Source: Chrysomallon squamiferum
Taxonomy: Eukaryota > Animalia > Mollusca
Direction: 5' to 3'
Assembly (NCBI GenBank): GCA_012295275.1
Contig: CM022672.1
Location: 24,614,001-24,678,000, forward strand
Length of the DNA: 64,000 nt
Positions 1 through 14,316 of the stretch are shown in pieces. The translations under genes and the position numbers were made by a program. The stretch's first letter is position 1. The number at the start of each line of letters is the position of its first letter. The notes under the pieces are model-generated. The model was not told the DNA's origin, did no database searches, and saw only the letters and a program-made list of their open reading frames with translations.

Positions 1-696
1 CCCTTTTGTTATTCAACTGTATTATCCAGTAACTTGGTCACTGGAGTTACTTATAGCTGGTCTTGATTGCTGTTTGCTTTTTCCCAATCACTTGTTTTTT
101 TACTATATACGTTATAAGTATGAAATGCTGGCAATCTATAGGTATCTTACTGCAGAAATCACTCTCACATTCCCACATGCACACACAAAAAACACATGAT
201 GAAGTATGAGAAAAGAACCTGCAGCCTTTATTTCATTATCTACCTATTCAGTTAGAAAAATACATCCCCAAGACATGAAAGCACATACATTGATCTTTGA
301 TAAACAAAAAAGTAACTTGATCTGCTTATAAATAAGAGATCCAACCTTACAGTTGTAAAGCATATCCCTTGTATGGTTTTGGGAAAATGTGACATCAAAA
401 ATTGTATGTGGACTGGGAGTATTGCAGTCATTAGGCCTGTTTCGATGGCATTTCCTTACATGCATGTACATTAGTACTATAGGTATTTTGCTCAACCTAC
501 TTTATTATTGTTGCTATTATTAGATTTATTTCGCAACGCCAGTGCAATCCATTTTTAGGAAAACAACAAGTCATATAATTTATACAGACCACAATTCTAT
601 GGTAAGGTATTAATACTTATCTCTTGTTTTAGTTATTTATTTACCTAACTAATATGTGAATATCAGTTTTGCAATTCTAATGCTAATAATGATAAC

Positions 697-727
<31 letters not shown>

Positions 728-1295
728 GATGGCAACTAATGAACTATATATTTCGGTGAAGTTTTTTCATAATATAATCTACACCACTTATTATTTTTAT
801 AATACAGTTATAATTTGTGGATCTGAATAATGTCTCATATCCATATTTCTGTATATACACATACAGATTCACATGTGACATACACATACCCAATTTATAG
901 ACAGTTTACTAGTCACACAAGTAAGATAACATACCTTTACTACTTGCTGTATCTCATTTCTTTTTATTATTATTTTATTGGACCAGCAGCAAAACTACAA
1001 ATTGTTGCCGAATATTAAGTAAAATTTGTCCTGGCAGGGTGAAGACTTAAGCTACAACGTTCAAAAACTACGATATTGGAATTAATCTCATAATTATGCT
1101 TAAAATGTGTAATAAATAAATTATAGTGATTCACATTTCAGAATATTTTTGTGAAATGTGACCCATAAAAAAATTTAATATAAAGTAGTTTGACAGTATT
1201 AATCATTTCTTATAACTAGTAGTTTTATCTTTATTTTTGTTTCAGTAGAATGAATAGCATTTGGTTTGAAGAATTGTCTCTGATATATTCCAACT

Positions 1296-1399
<104 letters not shown>

Positions 1400-1833
1400 C
1401 CTGGAAGGACTGATTTAAAAAATAATGATAACAAAAATAACCTCCAGTTGTTGTAACTTAATAGGGTAAATATTTTTGAAATGACTAGTGAATATAGCAG
1501 AATAAAAATGATTTCCTTCCATACAGCCAGAAAAAAAAAAAAAAAATAATAATAATTTAAGAAATTCATCATTGTTGCATATATGATGTTTTATCTGAAA
1601 CAAAATGTTGTCTAATTATGCCTATTGCATTATATTTTCCATTAATGAATTGACAAATTAGGTACTGGCACTCGCATTGCTCAGTTGTCTGCAAAGCCTG
1701 AAAACTGCAGTCCTCAGCTTGACACAGATACATTAATGTTCAGAGGAACATGTTATGTGTACCACAATAAAGAATTATCATGTAGAAGTATGGACACAAT
1801 AAATTCAGATCCACAAATCATATGAATATTTTT

Positions 1834-1871
<38 letters not shown>

Positions 1872-2129
1872 AAAAAAAAAAAAAATCGTAAGAAAAAATT
1901 ATTACATGTATGTCTGAAAAAATTAAAGATCATAAATATGTTTGTGTTTCTTGTTTTATACAATGCACAGGCAATGCAGCATTGTTTCTGTACATAAATA
2001 TATAATTACATTTTTCTAGATACTGGCAAAAAAGTCATTTGAAAAGTAAGTTTCTATCTTTATTCCAACAAAAGTTATGGCTAACAATGTTCTCCAGGTT
2101 TTTTTTTTAGGAAAACATAAAAAAAAATA

Positions 2130-2724
2130 CCGTATATACTTGTGTAGAAGGCGACCTTATGTATAAGTCGATGTGTATTTTAAGACCAAAAATTGCGTCA
2201 TTTTAGGTATTACTTGTGTGTAAGTCGACTGTAGATTCCAGGCACCGTCACTTTGTTTTCGATTTGTCGGTAGTGGATATTAATGACGATTGCAATATTA
2301 TTTCACCAAATTCTTTACAATTACACAAGTGAGTTTTGTTTATGAAATTAGGACCGATATTTAGTGCAATTTGGCAGAGAAGTCTGCATTCCTAGATCAT
2401 TGCAAGACGCCGTAAGGCATAACGCCGTACTGACAGTTTTTTCGCTTTAAAATGTATTTTTATGTCATTAAACGGAAGAATATCATTTTTACATTCATAT
2501 TTGGTTTTGTTATTTAATTTTTCAAAAATTTTTATACGATAAAATTATATTTTTGAAAAGCTGAAAGACTGCGATTATTTTAGATGCATCCCGTAGCAAA
2601 AAATAGTCAAAATGGCAACTCTTCGGCAACAGCTACAAAAGCATTACCTATGTATAAGTCGACCCCCAAAATATTACCTTAATATAGTCTCCCAAAAATT
2701 CGACTTATACACAAGTATATATGG
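2130..2724. mobile_element. Non-autonomous Tc1/mariner-superfamily (Tc2/pogo-like) MITE, ~595 bp
   Basis: Left end ccgtatatacttgtgtagaaggcga matches the reverse complement of the right end, ccatatatacttgtgtataagtcga (~25-bp TIR, 3 mismatches). Flanked by TA on both sides (2128-2129, 2725-2726). The TIR core tgtataagtcga recurs internally. No transposase ORF. The CCGTAT terminus plus TA TSD is typical of Tc2/pogo-type elements. Confidence 0.85.
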
Positions 2725-2726
2725 TA

Positions 2727-3661
2727 CATCTTTATGAGAAAACGATGATTTTGACAGTTTTATAAACAAAAGCTTAATAGGTAATGTTTATTTTGTTAAT
2801 GATTAATCTGCTGAGATCTGATTTAGCAGTTCAAGAAAAAACGGCTCTTAAGCCATAAACTAGGACAGCATATTCTCTGAATATTATAAAATATAATAAA
2901 ATATAATAAAATGTGTAATTATAACCTGATTTGTATAATTCAGTCAGCATTTTGTTTAGAATGAAAAGACTTGCATAAAGAAATGTTACAAGATATACAT
3001 GGCTGGACACGCTGACTGGGAAGGGTGTGTATACATATATATATATATATAGTGAGCTCTAGATGTTAACATAGATATTAGTGATTTGAAGGGAAATAAT
3101 CACTGTGTTGTGAATTTTAGCCAGTTTGAGTTTAACATCAGCTTGTTTTTAGCCTACATTTCAGTTTATTCTCGTGAATGATTGTAAATTTTTCATAAAA
3201 AAACTTCTTTTTATTTTTTAATTCAGACTGAAGGAAGAGAAAATGTTGTTTGGTAAAGACTTGATAAAGCCCTTGAGAAATACACTCTGCTTCATAAGCA
3301 TACTGTCATGTTAGAATATGCTAATGAAGTGAACCTTATCTTGCCCTGCAGATGAGCTCAGTCATTGCACCCCCATCCCAGTCAACGTGTCCAGTCATGT
3401 GTATTTTGTAACATCTCCTTAAGCAGGTATTTTCATTCTAAACAAAATGCTGACTGAATTATACAAATCAGGTTATAATTACACATTTTATTATATTTTA
3501 TAATATTTAGAGAAAATACTGTTGAAAAATTTGGGATTAAGAGCCATTTTTTCTTCAACTGCTAAATCAGATCTCAGCAGATTAATCATGAAAAAAATAA
3601 ACATTGCCTATTAAATTTTTGTATATAAAATTGTCAAAATCATCATTTTCTCATAATGATG
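2727..3661. repeat. Long inverted repeat (arms ~2727-3027 and ~3368-3661, ~340-bp spacer); foldback/MITE-like element
   Basis: gattaatctgctgagatctgatttagcagtt pairs with aactgctaaatcagatctcagcagattaatc. atgtgtaattataacctgatttgtataattcagtcagcattttgtttagaatgaaa pairs with its reverse complement at ~3432-3486. Scattered mismatches elsewhere. Confidence 0.9.
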
Positions 3662-4006
3662 TATTTTTTTAATTTGTTTTTTTTTATTATTTATTTTTAT
3701 CATTATCATCATCATTATAACATCTATTGTTTTTAATTAAGCATTTTGATGCTTTTACAGTTGTCACATTTACTGACTTGTTTAATAAAGTGATTGAGCT
3801 AAATCATGTCGAATAGTAGTGTAATCACAAAAAAGACAGCTGTATTTAGAACAATTACTGAAACCACGAAGTAATTCTTTTACACATTTTTTATGATTTT
3901 GTTTACACACTGTTGTATCTATTTAATTATTTTGTACATTTTAGTTTGAAGAATTAAAAATCAATTAAAGAATCTTACACAGGGAGCCAGAGCTGAACAT
4001 TGCATT

Positions 4007-4086
4007 ATGGAGATGAACACAGAAGACAATGTAAGACTGAAAATATCTGTTCCTAATAAACAATACATAAAAGTAATCAACTAAGA

Positions 4087-4119
<33 letters not shown>

Positions 4120-4343
4120 ATGTTTACATTTTTTATATTAAAGAAACGTTTATTTAACAACCCATTAAATACTATTAAGTATGGGAGAAGCTATAGCTGA
4201 GACCATAAAATGCTCAATCTGAGAATTATTTTGCATAAAACAAAATTCAAATTACATTTTTTATAAAACTTGATGTTCAACAAAAGACAAGGAATAAACT
4301 AAATGTTTGTTATTTTTATCTCTATTTATCTCTTATTTATCTA

Positions 4344-4384
<41 letters not shown>

Positions 4385-4391
4385 GTTATTA

Positions 4392-4433
<42 letters not shown>

Positions 4434-6122
4434 TTTGTTATTATTATTCAGGCTGAAGATTTGTGGTTTGATGCAAATGAAGATGTGAAAGCAGCTAACG
4501 AAATTACTCTACCACAGACAAGACCAGTGTGTGCAGATCAGGTGGTGAATGATGCTGGTGGTTTTGTGTGGGCAGTGACTGACATTGTAAGACTGAAGCG
4601 CTTCCTTTGCTTAGGTAGTGAGGGAGGAACGTATTATGTCACAGAGCAGAAACTGACAGAACAGAATGTTCAGTGTATTAGTCGCCTCATTGCAGATGGC
4701 AAAGGCAAAGAAGTCGTTGACATCATATGTCAGTTTAGTGTAGAAGGCAGGACTTCGAAGCAGACTTCGATTCTGTTTGCTCTGGCATTCTGCGTACGGC
4801 GAGGGGATTTAGAAACAAAACAATATGCATATAAAAATCTTAGTAAAATATGCAGGATACCTACACATTTGTTCCAGTTTGTAGATATTTGTGATAAAAT
4901 GGGAGAAACAACTGGATGGGGACGATCACATCGCAAGGCTGTGTCCTCGTGGTACACCAATTTTGTTACTGACCCTATGAAACTGGCCATGCACATGACC
5001 AAGTACAGAAAGAGAAATGACTGGTCACACAGAGATGTTCTTCTTCTCTCTCATACAAAACCACCAGATGATGCAGTAGGTCTTATACTGCGCTATGCAG
5101 TCAAAGGAATTAAAGATGCCAAGTCTATGTATTGTCAGAAAGATTTTGACCAACAGTCATCTCTTGGAAAAGTACTTTCTTTTTTGGAAGCTGTAGAAGA
5201 AGCCAGAACAATATCTGATGAAACTCGACTAATAGATCTTATCAGAGAACACAAGCTTGTGAGAGAACATGTTCCAACACATCTGTTAAATTCAAAACAG
5301 CTTTGGAAAGTACTGCTGGAAGAGATGCCTATGACTGCAATGATCAGAAATCTTGGTAAGATGACTTCAATCGGTGTTATTGAAGTTGGTAGCCAAGAAG
5401 AACAGGATATTGTGATGAAAGTAACAAACGAAAATCTACTCAAAGCGTCCAGGATCCATCCTTTTTCTGTTCTTTTAGCTCATGAAACATACACTGAAGG
5501 CTGTGGATTTAAAGGTAAACTAAGGTGGAAACCTAATGAAAGAATTGTCAAGGCACTGGACACAGCATTTTATTTATCATTCAAATTTGTACAACCGACT
5601 AATAAGCGCTATCTTCTTGCTGTTGATGTCAGTGGCTCCATGGGTTGTCCAGTCATTGGGGCCTCAGGAATCACTTGTCGAAATGCAGCTGCAGCCATGA
5701 TGATGGTTACCAGACGAAGTGAAAAACAATGCGAGGTGGTTGCTTTCTGTGAGAATCTCAGACCACTGCCAATTGCAGAGGATGATAGTTTGAACACAGT
5801 TATCAAAACAGTATCTTCTCTGCGATTTGGTGCCACTGATTGTTCTCTGCCCATGGTTTGGGCTAAAGAGAAGAAGAAAAAGGTTGATGTATTTGTCGTT
5901 TATACTGATTGTGAGACATTCATTGGTTCGGTCCATCCATCTGAAGCTCTAAGGCAATACAGGAAAGAGAGTGGCATATGGGATGCTCGTCTCATTGTAT
6001 GTGGCATGAGCAGCAATGGCTTTACTATTGCTGACCCAGATGATCCAGGCATGTTGGACATGGTTGGTTTTGATTCAGCAGCGCCAGAAGCAATGAGAAA
6101 TTTTATAATGGGCGATATTTAA
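4007..6122 (+). CDS. RO60: RNA-binding protein RO60 (TROVE + vWA domains); CDS exons 4007-4030 and 4452-6122, ~564 aa
   Basis: Motifs LKRFLCLGSEGGTYY, CRIPTHLFQF, GWGR, KYRKRNDWSHRD, MPMTAMIRNLGKMT, MIDAS AVDVSGSM, ATDCSLPM, YTDCET and C-terminal DPDDPGMLDMVGFD are characteristic of Ro60. The ORF-track start (poly-Leu from a TAT repeat) is intronic; the true acceptor is ttattcag|GCT at 4452. Upstream exon (acceptor ~3945) has ATG at 4007, encodes MEMNTEDN and ends at donor |gtaaga. Both junctions are phase 0. Confidence 0.95.
4348..4448. repeat. (TAT)n microsatellite abutting the RO60 splice acceptor
   Basis: Direct reading. Produces the poly-Y and poly-L artefacts in the ORF track. Confidence 0.95.
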
Positions 6123-7229
6123 TTACATGGCAAATACAGAAAACTGCTCTAAACAGATCTCCAATGCAGAATATTTATATACTGCTACAAATACTAGTTT
6201 TAAAATTATTACTACTATTAATATTAATAATAATGATAATACCACAAATCAATCACTGCATTAAGATATAAAATGAATGTATATGTATATGTATATGTGT
6301 GTATATACTGTAAAAATGAAATTAATGCATGGATAAAATAATGCACAACCACAGCTCTGTCAAAAATGTGTGTATTAATTAATGCACTGGTCATAAGACA
6401 ACCTGTTTCTTTAGCGCGATGCTTGCTTTCAAAAGGCAAAAAGCTAATTGTGTCATACAATGGCTGTGTTTGTAATAACTGTGAATGCTATGTAGGTTTT
6501 GCATACTGCCATTTTATTGTTGTGAAAACAACTTGCTACATGTATTACTTAATGATGTTATTCAGTGATGCACTGGTGAAATTCAGGTGATGGATCTTTC
6601 CGTGAATGGTGGCTACAAAGTTGCACTGAAACAACAGTTCACTAGGTGGCATGGCGATCAAGTTTAAGAAACAACAACGACTTCCATGTGGACTTGAGGA
6701 TTTGTGTGCTAAAGCCCATTTATTCTTGCTTGGATTGTCAGTTGTTTTGACTCAGTTAAGAAAGACACAGAGTGTATCAAACAGGGTTGGATCAAAGCAG
6801 GATTGCTTGATGCGTTGTAAAATTGAATGAGCATATCTGAGATGTGCTCACTCTGTGAAACTGAACAAAAACACTTTGTAATTGGCATGTGAATGTGTTT
6901 AAACATTATTGTTTTAACGAATTGTTGGAGATAATTATTAAGTGAAATAAAACTGCTGCTGTTCACTGATTCATGATTTTATTTTATTGTTTTATAAATG
7001 CATGCTAAAGTAATGTGTCAAATATCTGTTCGCATTTTTTGCATTAGTTTCTCTTGTGCATTAATTTCATATTTTACAATATATATATATATATATATTT
7101 TCATTAAAAAATATTTCAAAATATTCAATATCATTTTTATTAATATTTGTCTGCTTATAATATAATGTCCTTTATAAATTAAAATGAAAGTATGTTTGAT
7201 ACATGTGTGACATATTCCAACAAAAAACC

Positions 7230-7322
7230 TTGATTTTTTAAAATGAAATTAGATTTACAGGTGCCATTATTTGATTTTTTAAAATGAAATTAGATTTACA
7301 GGTGCCATTATTTGATTTTTTA
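7230..7322. repeat. 41-bp perfect tandem duplication (~2.3 copies)
   Basis: ttgattttttaaaatgaaattagatttacaggtgccattat at 7230-7270 and 7271-7311, then a partial third copy. Confidence 0.93.
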
Positions 7323-10300
7323 CTCTGCAAAACAGGATAATTCTTTGTGTTAGTATTCTATATTAGTATATATTACTCTTGAATATTTTTTGTTAAATTA
7401 ATGAATTTATATTTATATTTTTCTTATTCTCTTCATATTAAATAGATGTTTTTATCTGTAGTTGCTAAAATACTTTCAGAATGACTTGTTATGAAATTCA
7501 AAATCATGAGTATCAAATGAAAAGAGAGAAAAATATAATCAGATTTGAAGAAGAAGAAAGCTGCAATCCAAGCATAAATCAATATATTCATTATTGGATA
7601 GCTCTCATTTAATGTTGAAATTTGATGCATGGCATGATCAGTAAAATAGATAAATAAAACAGGTGTTAGTGTAACCTATTTATGAAAGACATATGTTATA
7701 TCTTATAAAAATCAGTGAATAAGAAATTTATAGTTTCAGGACAAATGGGCAAGACAGGTGTGTTCCCCCATTTTAACAACAATTTATTAATCAGTTCCCT
7801 GGCAAAATGGCAAAATGTTCTTACACATCTCTCTATATCAGTCAGCACCAGACACATTCATTTGCTTTATAGATGATGACACTAAATAAACAGAACTAAG
7901 AATTTTATTCAAATTATAGAGACCTATCAAATGGATCTCAGAAAATAACCACTTTGTTTATCAGATTCTCGTCTGAGGTGGGAAGGGAAGTTTTCAAATG
8001 GACGCACTGGTTGTGTCACTTGATTTCTGGTATTTAGGGGATAGGCATTAGACAGATAATGGTGTTCTGCTTCACCCTACCCTACTTACTGATGTTTTCA
8101 CATATAATTTAAATACACAATCATTGATCTACTAGTCAGTTTGGCTTTCAGCAGCAAGGCTTTGGCATCAGCAGGAATTTTTTCTTTGCTTTTTCTTTGT
8201 TTTCTTTTTTCTTACAATTTTCTTCTGATAACTAGAGACTGATATTATTCATTTTGTTGTGATATCATTTAGATCTTCAACGAAATGTAAACTAAATAAA
8301 TTAATAAACATATTTTATTTATTTATTTAGTTCTGCTGTTACTACTAAATCGCAATTAAAAAGGAAAATGTCTGTTTCTGAAAATCCTAATTAATTACTG
8401 CTGTTTTAATGTTTTCATAATTAATAAACTGTTGAGGCTATAACAAAATAATAGTGCATAACTTGTATATATTAATTTTTGAATATCTATTTGTACCAAC
8501 ATTTTAACATTTATCATTTTCTGAGTAGGACAATCAATTCTAAAGAATAAACTGAAATCAATATAGATCTGTTCCCACGTAAATGAACATCTGTCTCATG
8601 TTAAAGTCAAAAATAAGATAACCAAGATGCATAGTACCTAGATGAGAAATTTTATTTCACAACTCCCTCTATAAAAAATTGATATTTCTCCAGTTACTGT
8701 TACAAATAAAAGATATGGAAACAGCTCAAGATCACTTCAGTTAACATAGTGACATGAGTAGTTTAACATTGGTTCATATTATATTTTTTTTTTTTTTTTT
8801 AGCTTAGGTAATTTAGTTCCAATTTGTAATTGGTGATGAAATAAAATGTACACACTAATATTTTGAAATGAAATCTGTATGTTCCAGCTACAGATATCTG
8901 TTCTAATATGAAATTATCAATGTATGTGCGTGTGTGTAAAATGGAAGAAAGAAAAATACAATTACTATGACTATGATAAAGTTATCTGAAGATTATTTTC
9001 TTATCTCCTTAATACATGTTATGTATGCATGTGTGAATGAATAGTAAATTCCTTTTATTTCTATCATAAACATAAAAGAAGTCATTTAACACAGATATTC
9101 ATCAAAGTATCTTTTGGTATGAATGCTATTCTGCACTATGTGATTTAAATTCTTAAGACACATTTAGCATAATGCTTCCTGGTTATTTTATGTTTAGTAA
9201 TTTTAACACAGACATAAATAAAGAAATGACAATAAATAATACAAAAACATTTTGGAAAAAAATGTTAGTGTTTATTTTGCAATCCAATAGGAGCAAATTA
9301 TACATAGTTCATATTTTCTAAATACAAAAGCTGTAGCTGTACATAGGTATTATTTCCCCATCTTTATAGACCATTAATTTGAATGTTACACACCAAAATG
9401 ACAAATTATCTCTATAATAACCAAAACAATTAAAAATAATTGCACATAATTTCTTTTTTTAAAACAAAACAAACAATAATAAAATTTTAAATAGTAATAA
9501 TAATTTTACAAATATATGCATGATTTGTAAAACAGTGTACCATTACATATTTACCAAGTGTAATAAATTAATATGATATCAAATCATGTAACAATTAAAA
9601 GCAATGTGATAAATTTTTATTCTTTTAATTAAAATAACAAAGTACAGTTTAACTGGAGATTCCTATTAGAGAACTAAAATGTATTATGGCTATATTTTAG
9701 GCAATCTCCATTATTAGTCTTTGGTTTTTTTTTTTTTTTTAAATTATAAACTTATAAATGGAAGAAATTATTTTACGTTTACTGAGAATAACAAGAGTAG
9801 GAAATTGGTTTTTACTTAGTGAAAAAGATTTGAAATATGTGGATACATATATTTATTTATAAAATTATAAAAATGTATTGGGCTTTTTCATTATAAAATA
9901 TAATGAAACATTAGGTTTGTTAAAAATTTTTAAAAGCCAAAAAGTTATGTATGTATGTATATATATATATATATATAACTAAATATTTTTAATATTATAA
10001 ACAAGGTAATATTAGTCATGTAAATGTTTAAAAAGTGCTTGAAATCAACAAGTGCTATAAAGCTAAACAATACACAAAACAGAAATATAAACCACAAAAT
10101 ACCATTTAATGGCCATCTGAGACACAAACTTAATTTCAGTGAACATAGAAAAGTATCATGTTAAATATAAGATAAATAGAACATTATGCAAATGTATATA
10201 ATATTATTTGGGGATTTTGTTTATTAATACCTGCATACTTTTCCAAACATTTACTGTAACATACTAATAACAAAATAACAACAACAATGATAACAATAAC

Positions 10301-11753
10301 AGATTTTTGTGAATAATAAATCTTTACTTTTTCTTCCATTTTTTTTAAAAAGAGTACAAAATATCACATTTGTAATACCTAAAGTTAATGTTTAATGATT
10401 ACAGTGATAAACGTTAAATAAAATTTATATTTGAATTAATAGTGTCTAGAAATAAATTAATGTTTTTTTAATATGCTTTTTGGTCATCCAGACTTCATTT
10501 TAACACAATTACGGTAATACTTTACATAAGCTGTAACTGGTAACATATGTAGTAACAGTTAAACTTAGAAAAACTATCAGACACATATTTGTACATACTT
10601 CAATACTGTCGCTGAAGGCACGATTCATTTCCTTATTGTTGTGAGCTCAGAGGTATTACATCAGCAGTCACAGAAACCAGGTCCAACACGTCTCAGAAAT
10701 TTCTGTCCCAACACAACTAAATCTACATTTTCTGAAATTTTGACAATGATCTTAATTTTGAAGATTAGTTTAACTTTTAAAAAAAAGACAAATCAGTCCC
10801 AATAAGTCTGGTTGTTAGTTGTTCAGAACTAAATTATCATAGGCAATCAAATTTTATAAAAGTGGGATTTTAAAAAATCATTAAATTATTTTAAAAAATC
10901 TTAAAAAGGTTTTGCAGTGGAGTAAGGAAATCAATGACAAACATTTTAACCTTTGTTCTGAAAATGAATGTCATCAAATAATAATATTAAAAGTTTATTA
11001 GATGGTTGGTTATGATAAAAAAAAATTAATAATAATAAATTTAAAAAAAATAAATAATTTATTGTCTTAATTACTTTTCTGAGTTTTTTTAAAAGAAAGA
11101 AAAAAAAAAGAAAAGTACTCAAAGATATATTTTACATTGTCAAATGTATTTTATTCAGTTTGTGCCTCAGTTTAGCATTAAGGTCAACATGTATTGTAAC
11201 AAAGGTTCTAAATTAAAACTGTAGCTGAGAATCATCTTCCTCCACTGAACAATCACAGAAGATCACAGTTCTGTTGGCAAACAGCCATAACATATTGAAA
11301 ATACCCTCTACATTTTGCTGTACAACATTCTACGCTTAGAATATCTAACATCGTTATAATTACTAGCTGAATACATTATTGGATAAAAGCAGCCACATAT
11401 CACTATTTCATCAGTGTACACCAGTGTAGAGTATTCCTGCACTAAATTTGAAACAACCAACCACAGACTGCAAAAAAAAGCTTTTGCCAGTATCCACAAG
11501 TGAAGCTTATATAAAGAGAAAAAAAACCCAGAAATAACAATGCTGCCCTTTTTAATACAATTGTACAGTAAGCCATCTCAGTTACTTGCGGATGAAATAT
11601 TTTTCCGGGTGACATCACAGCCAGTATCATGTGATAGCAATGTGATAATTATGTCAAATGTCTGAAATAACATCGTATCGTGGCACTTTCATCACACTGA
11701 TCGTCTTTCAGAAACAAAAATACAAACAGAATAAAATTGCAAAACCTTATTTT

Positions 11754-14277
11754 TCAAACACTGAGATTCCGTAGTCGCATCGCAACAGCTGCAACAATTG
11801 CTGCCCCTTTACCACTTCCATCATGAGAGAGAGACAGCTTGAACTGAAAAATAATATTGTAAGCTAAATAAAACAATGGCAGCAACATAAAAAAAATCCA
11901 CAATAACTGTAATAAAACACACACACACACACACAGAGTAAAACTGAGAGAAAATGTTAAAAATGTTTCTACCTTTAAGCCATTCTGAACAAGTTCCTTT
12001 ATTTTTAGTGACATCAAATTGTGAAATCTGGGATGGAAACGATAAAGAGATCCATCAACAGCTATTGTCATTTCTGGTTTCTTCAAGCGGTTAATTAGAG
12101 TAGCAAGCCCTGAAAATGAATTTATAATGACAATGATAAAAAAAATCAGGGTATCAAGAACTCAAATGCTCAAAAACTATTTCCATTAGTAATAACTGTT
12201 ATGATAATAATAATAATTAAAACAATAAAAACAAATAACATTAATTTAAACAAAATGATCAATTAACTAATCAGTTATATCGTTAGACTAAAAATAATTT
12301 TAAATTATTCTTGATAAATAAATCACACATCCATATCTTTATTTTCTTTAATCTCCTGTTGACTGTTCTCTGTATAATTCATAGAGACTGTGTTAGAGAC
12401 TGACCTGCAGCAGCAAGGAAAGCTGCCCTGGCAGAGACAAGGGTACAGACGTACTTCATGATTTTACAGTCTTCAGTGGTGTAGTTCTCAATACCCAATT
12501 CCTCCAAAACTTGCTTTGTGTTGCGGAAAAACTCATCATGATCACTACAGAAACCAAAAATAATTGCTTTAATACCCATTTATTTTACTACATGTCATTT
12601 ATAATTCAATTATAGTTTTAAATTAAAACATACCTCAAACATTTCTATCTTAATTAATAAATGTTCATATAATACTAATTATAAAGAAAAATCACGAATT
12701 GTTACAAAATAATTTTAGTTGTTAGAAAGTCAGTAAAGCAAATATTTTATAATTTTTAAATGTTCTTTGTCAGCTATCATATTTTTAATATAAAATACAT
12801 TAATTCAATATTAAATACCTTTCAATCTCTGAGACATATTTTGTGTAGAATTTGCCTCGTTCAAAGAGCAAGCTGTCTCGATCTGCACCCATGAAGACCA
12901 AACCCTCTGAAGTGAGTCTTTCTAATGTTAGTCTCACAATCTCTCCCATATACATTCCTGAGATCATTTTTTCCATGCTGAAATTTTTTAAAAATGTGTT
13001 TTAGTTATGATATTAAAATATAAGACTCCAGGGGATTGAGGGAAATAAGCAACTGGTACAAATATAAAAGTGAAAAGAATCAGTGACATGGCCTTTCATT
13101 TGATCACTCTTAGAAATGACAACATTATATACTTTTATAAGTAAAAATGGACTTATGCTTTGGATTCATATGTGAGGTGAAAACCGTTGCTATTAAATTA
13201 TAGTTCATTTTCCTAAATTTTCTACTATTCTTTGAGTTTAGAACATTATTATCAAAAATTAATACTGATACAATATTTTGTTGAAAGGTAGAAACATAAA
13301 ACATAACTTCATGGACATTACAGGATGCTAACTGATTATTCTAGATTTAAACATTTAAAAGTATAATATGTTTTCATAATGTTGGTGATGTATGAAACTG
13401 AAAACGTCAAGATAAAAAACATAAAATATCTTACATCTGTTTTCCTGGATTAATGGAATATGTGTCAAGTTCTCTGTCATATTCTGTCCTGATGAAATCC
13501 AGGCAGCCATTGTCACCAAATGCACCCCATTCAGTGTTGATGATTACCTAGAAATAACAATTAGATTTAATTTCATTATCTGCTGTAATTCTAAAAGCTG
13601 ACAGTGAATCATTGCTATTGAGGAAGAAAAATATTAGTAATAATAATTAAGAAAATTTAATATCACATGATCTTTTTGAGTAATAATGTGTATTATTATC
13701 TGAAATAATTCATTTTAGAGTTCAACATACCTGATTGGGGTGACATTTGTCTTTATTATCCTTGTCCCATAAACCAACATTGTCAAGTTTTTCCATGTAG
13801 CAAGCATTGCATCCAGTACCTTAATAAAAAAATTTAAAAATTAGAACAGAAATATCTATTTTATTAGAAAAACTGATAAAACCAAAATAATAATAAAAAT
13901 AAATAAATAAATAAATAATAATTTATATATTGCAATGGGTATAATTCCTTACCGAGAATAAGTCCAATCTCACATGCACTGTCGACATGAGCAGCTGACA
14001 TCAAAGTTCCTACTGCATCATTAACAATCGCCACAATCTCTACATCAGTGTTCTGAAAATACGTTTACAACAGAGATGATTATTGGACAAGTTTATGATG
14101 AACAGTTATGCAAAAGAGTAATGAACAGGGATGTGTTTACTTCAGTTAAAACAACATTTTCATTTAACACAAAAATGAAAAGTAAAATATTTTCTTTAAC
14201 TAGTTAATTTTTCTTCTTCTTCTTTTGTTTTCATAATCCTAACATTACAAAAGTACAAACATAAAATGTCCTTTTCA

Positions 14278-14316
<39 letters not shown>

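Noticed and set aside
244-495. 83-aa minus ORF bounded by splice-like sites, faintly reminiscent of a decayed retroelement C-terminus
   Set aside because: No recognisable motif. It stops at the putative donor and has no partner exons.
4383-4451. Poly-Leu 'signal peptide' at the start of the 579-aa RO60 ORF
   Set aside because: Translation of an intronic (TAT)n repeat from a non-ATG start. A clean acceptor at 4451/4452 and a matching upstream exon explain the real N-terminus.
4730-5936. Antisense ORFs within RO60 (and 55951-56187 within Abraxas)
   Set aside because: Shadow ORFs of real coding sequence with no independent signal.
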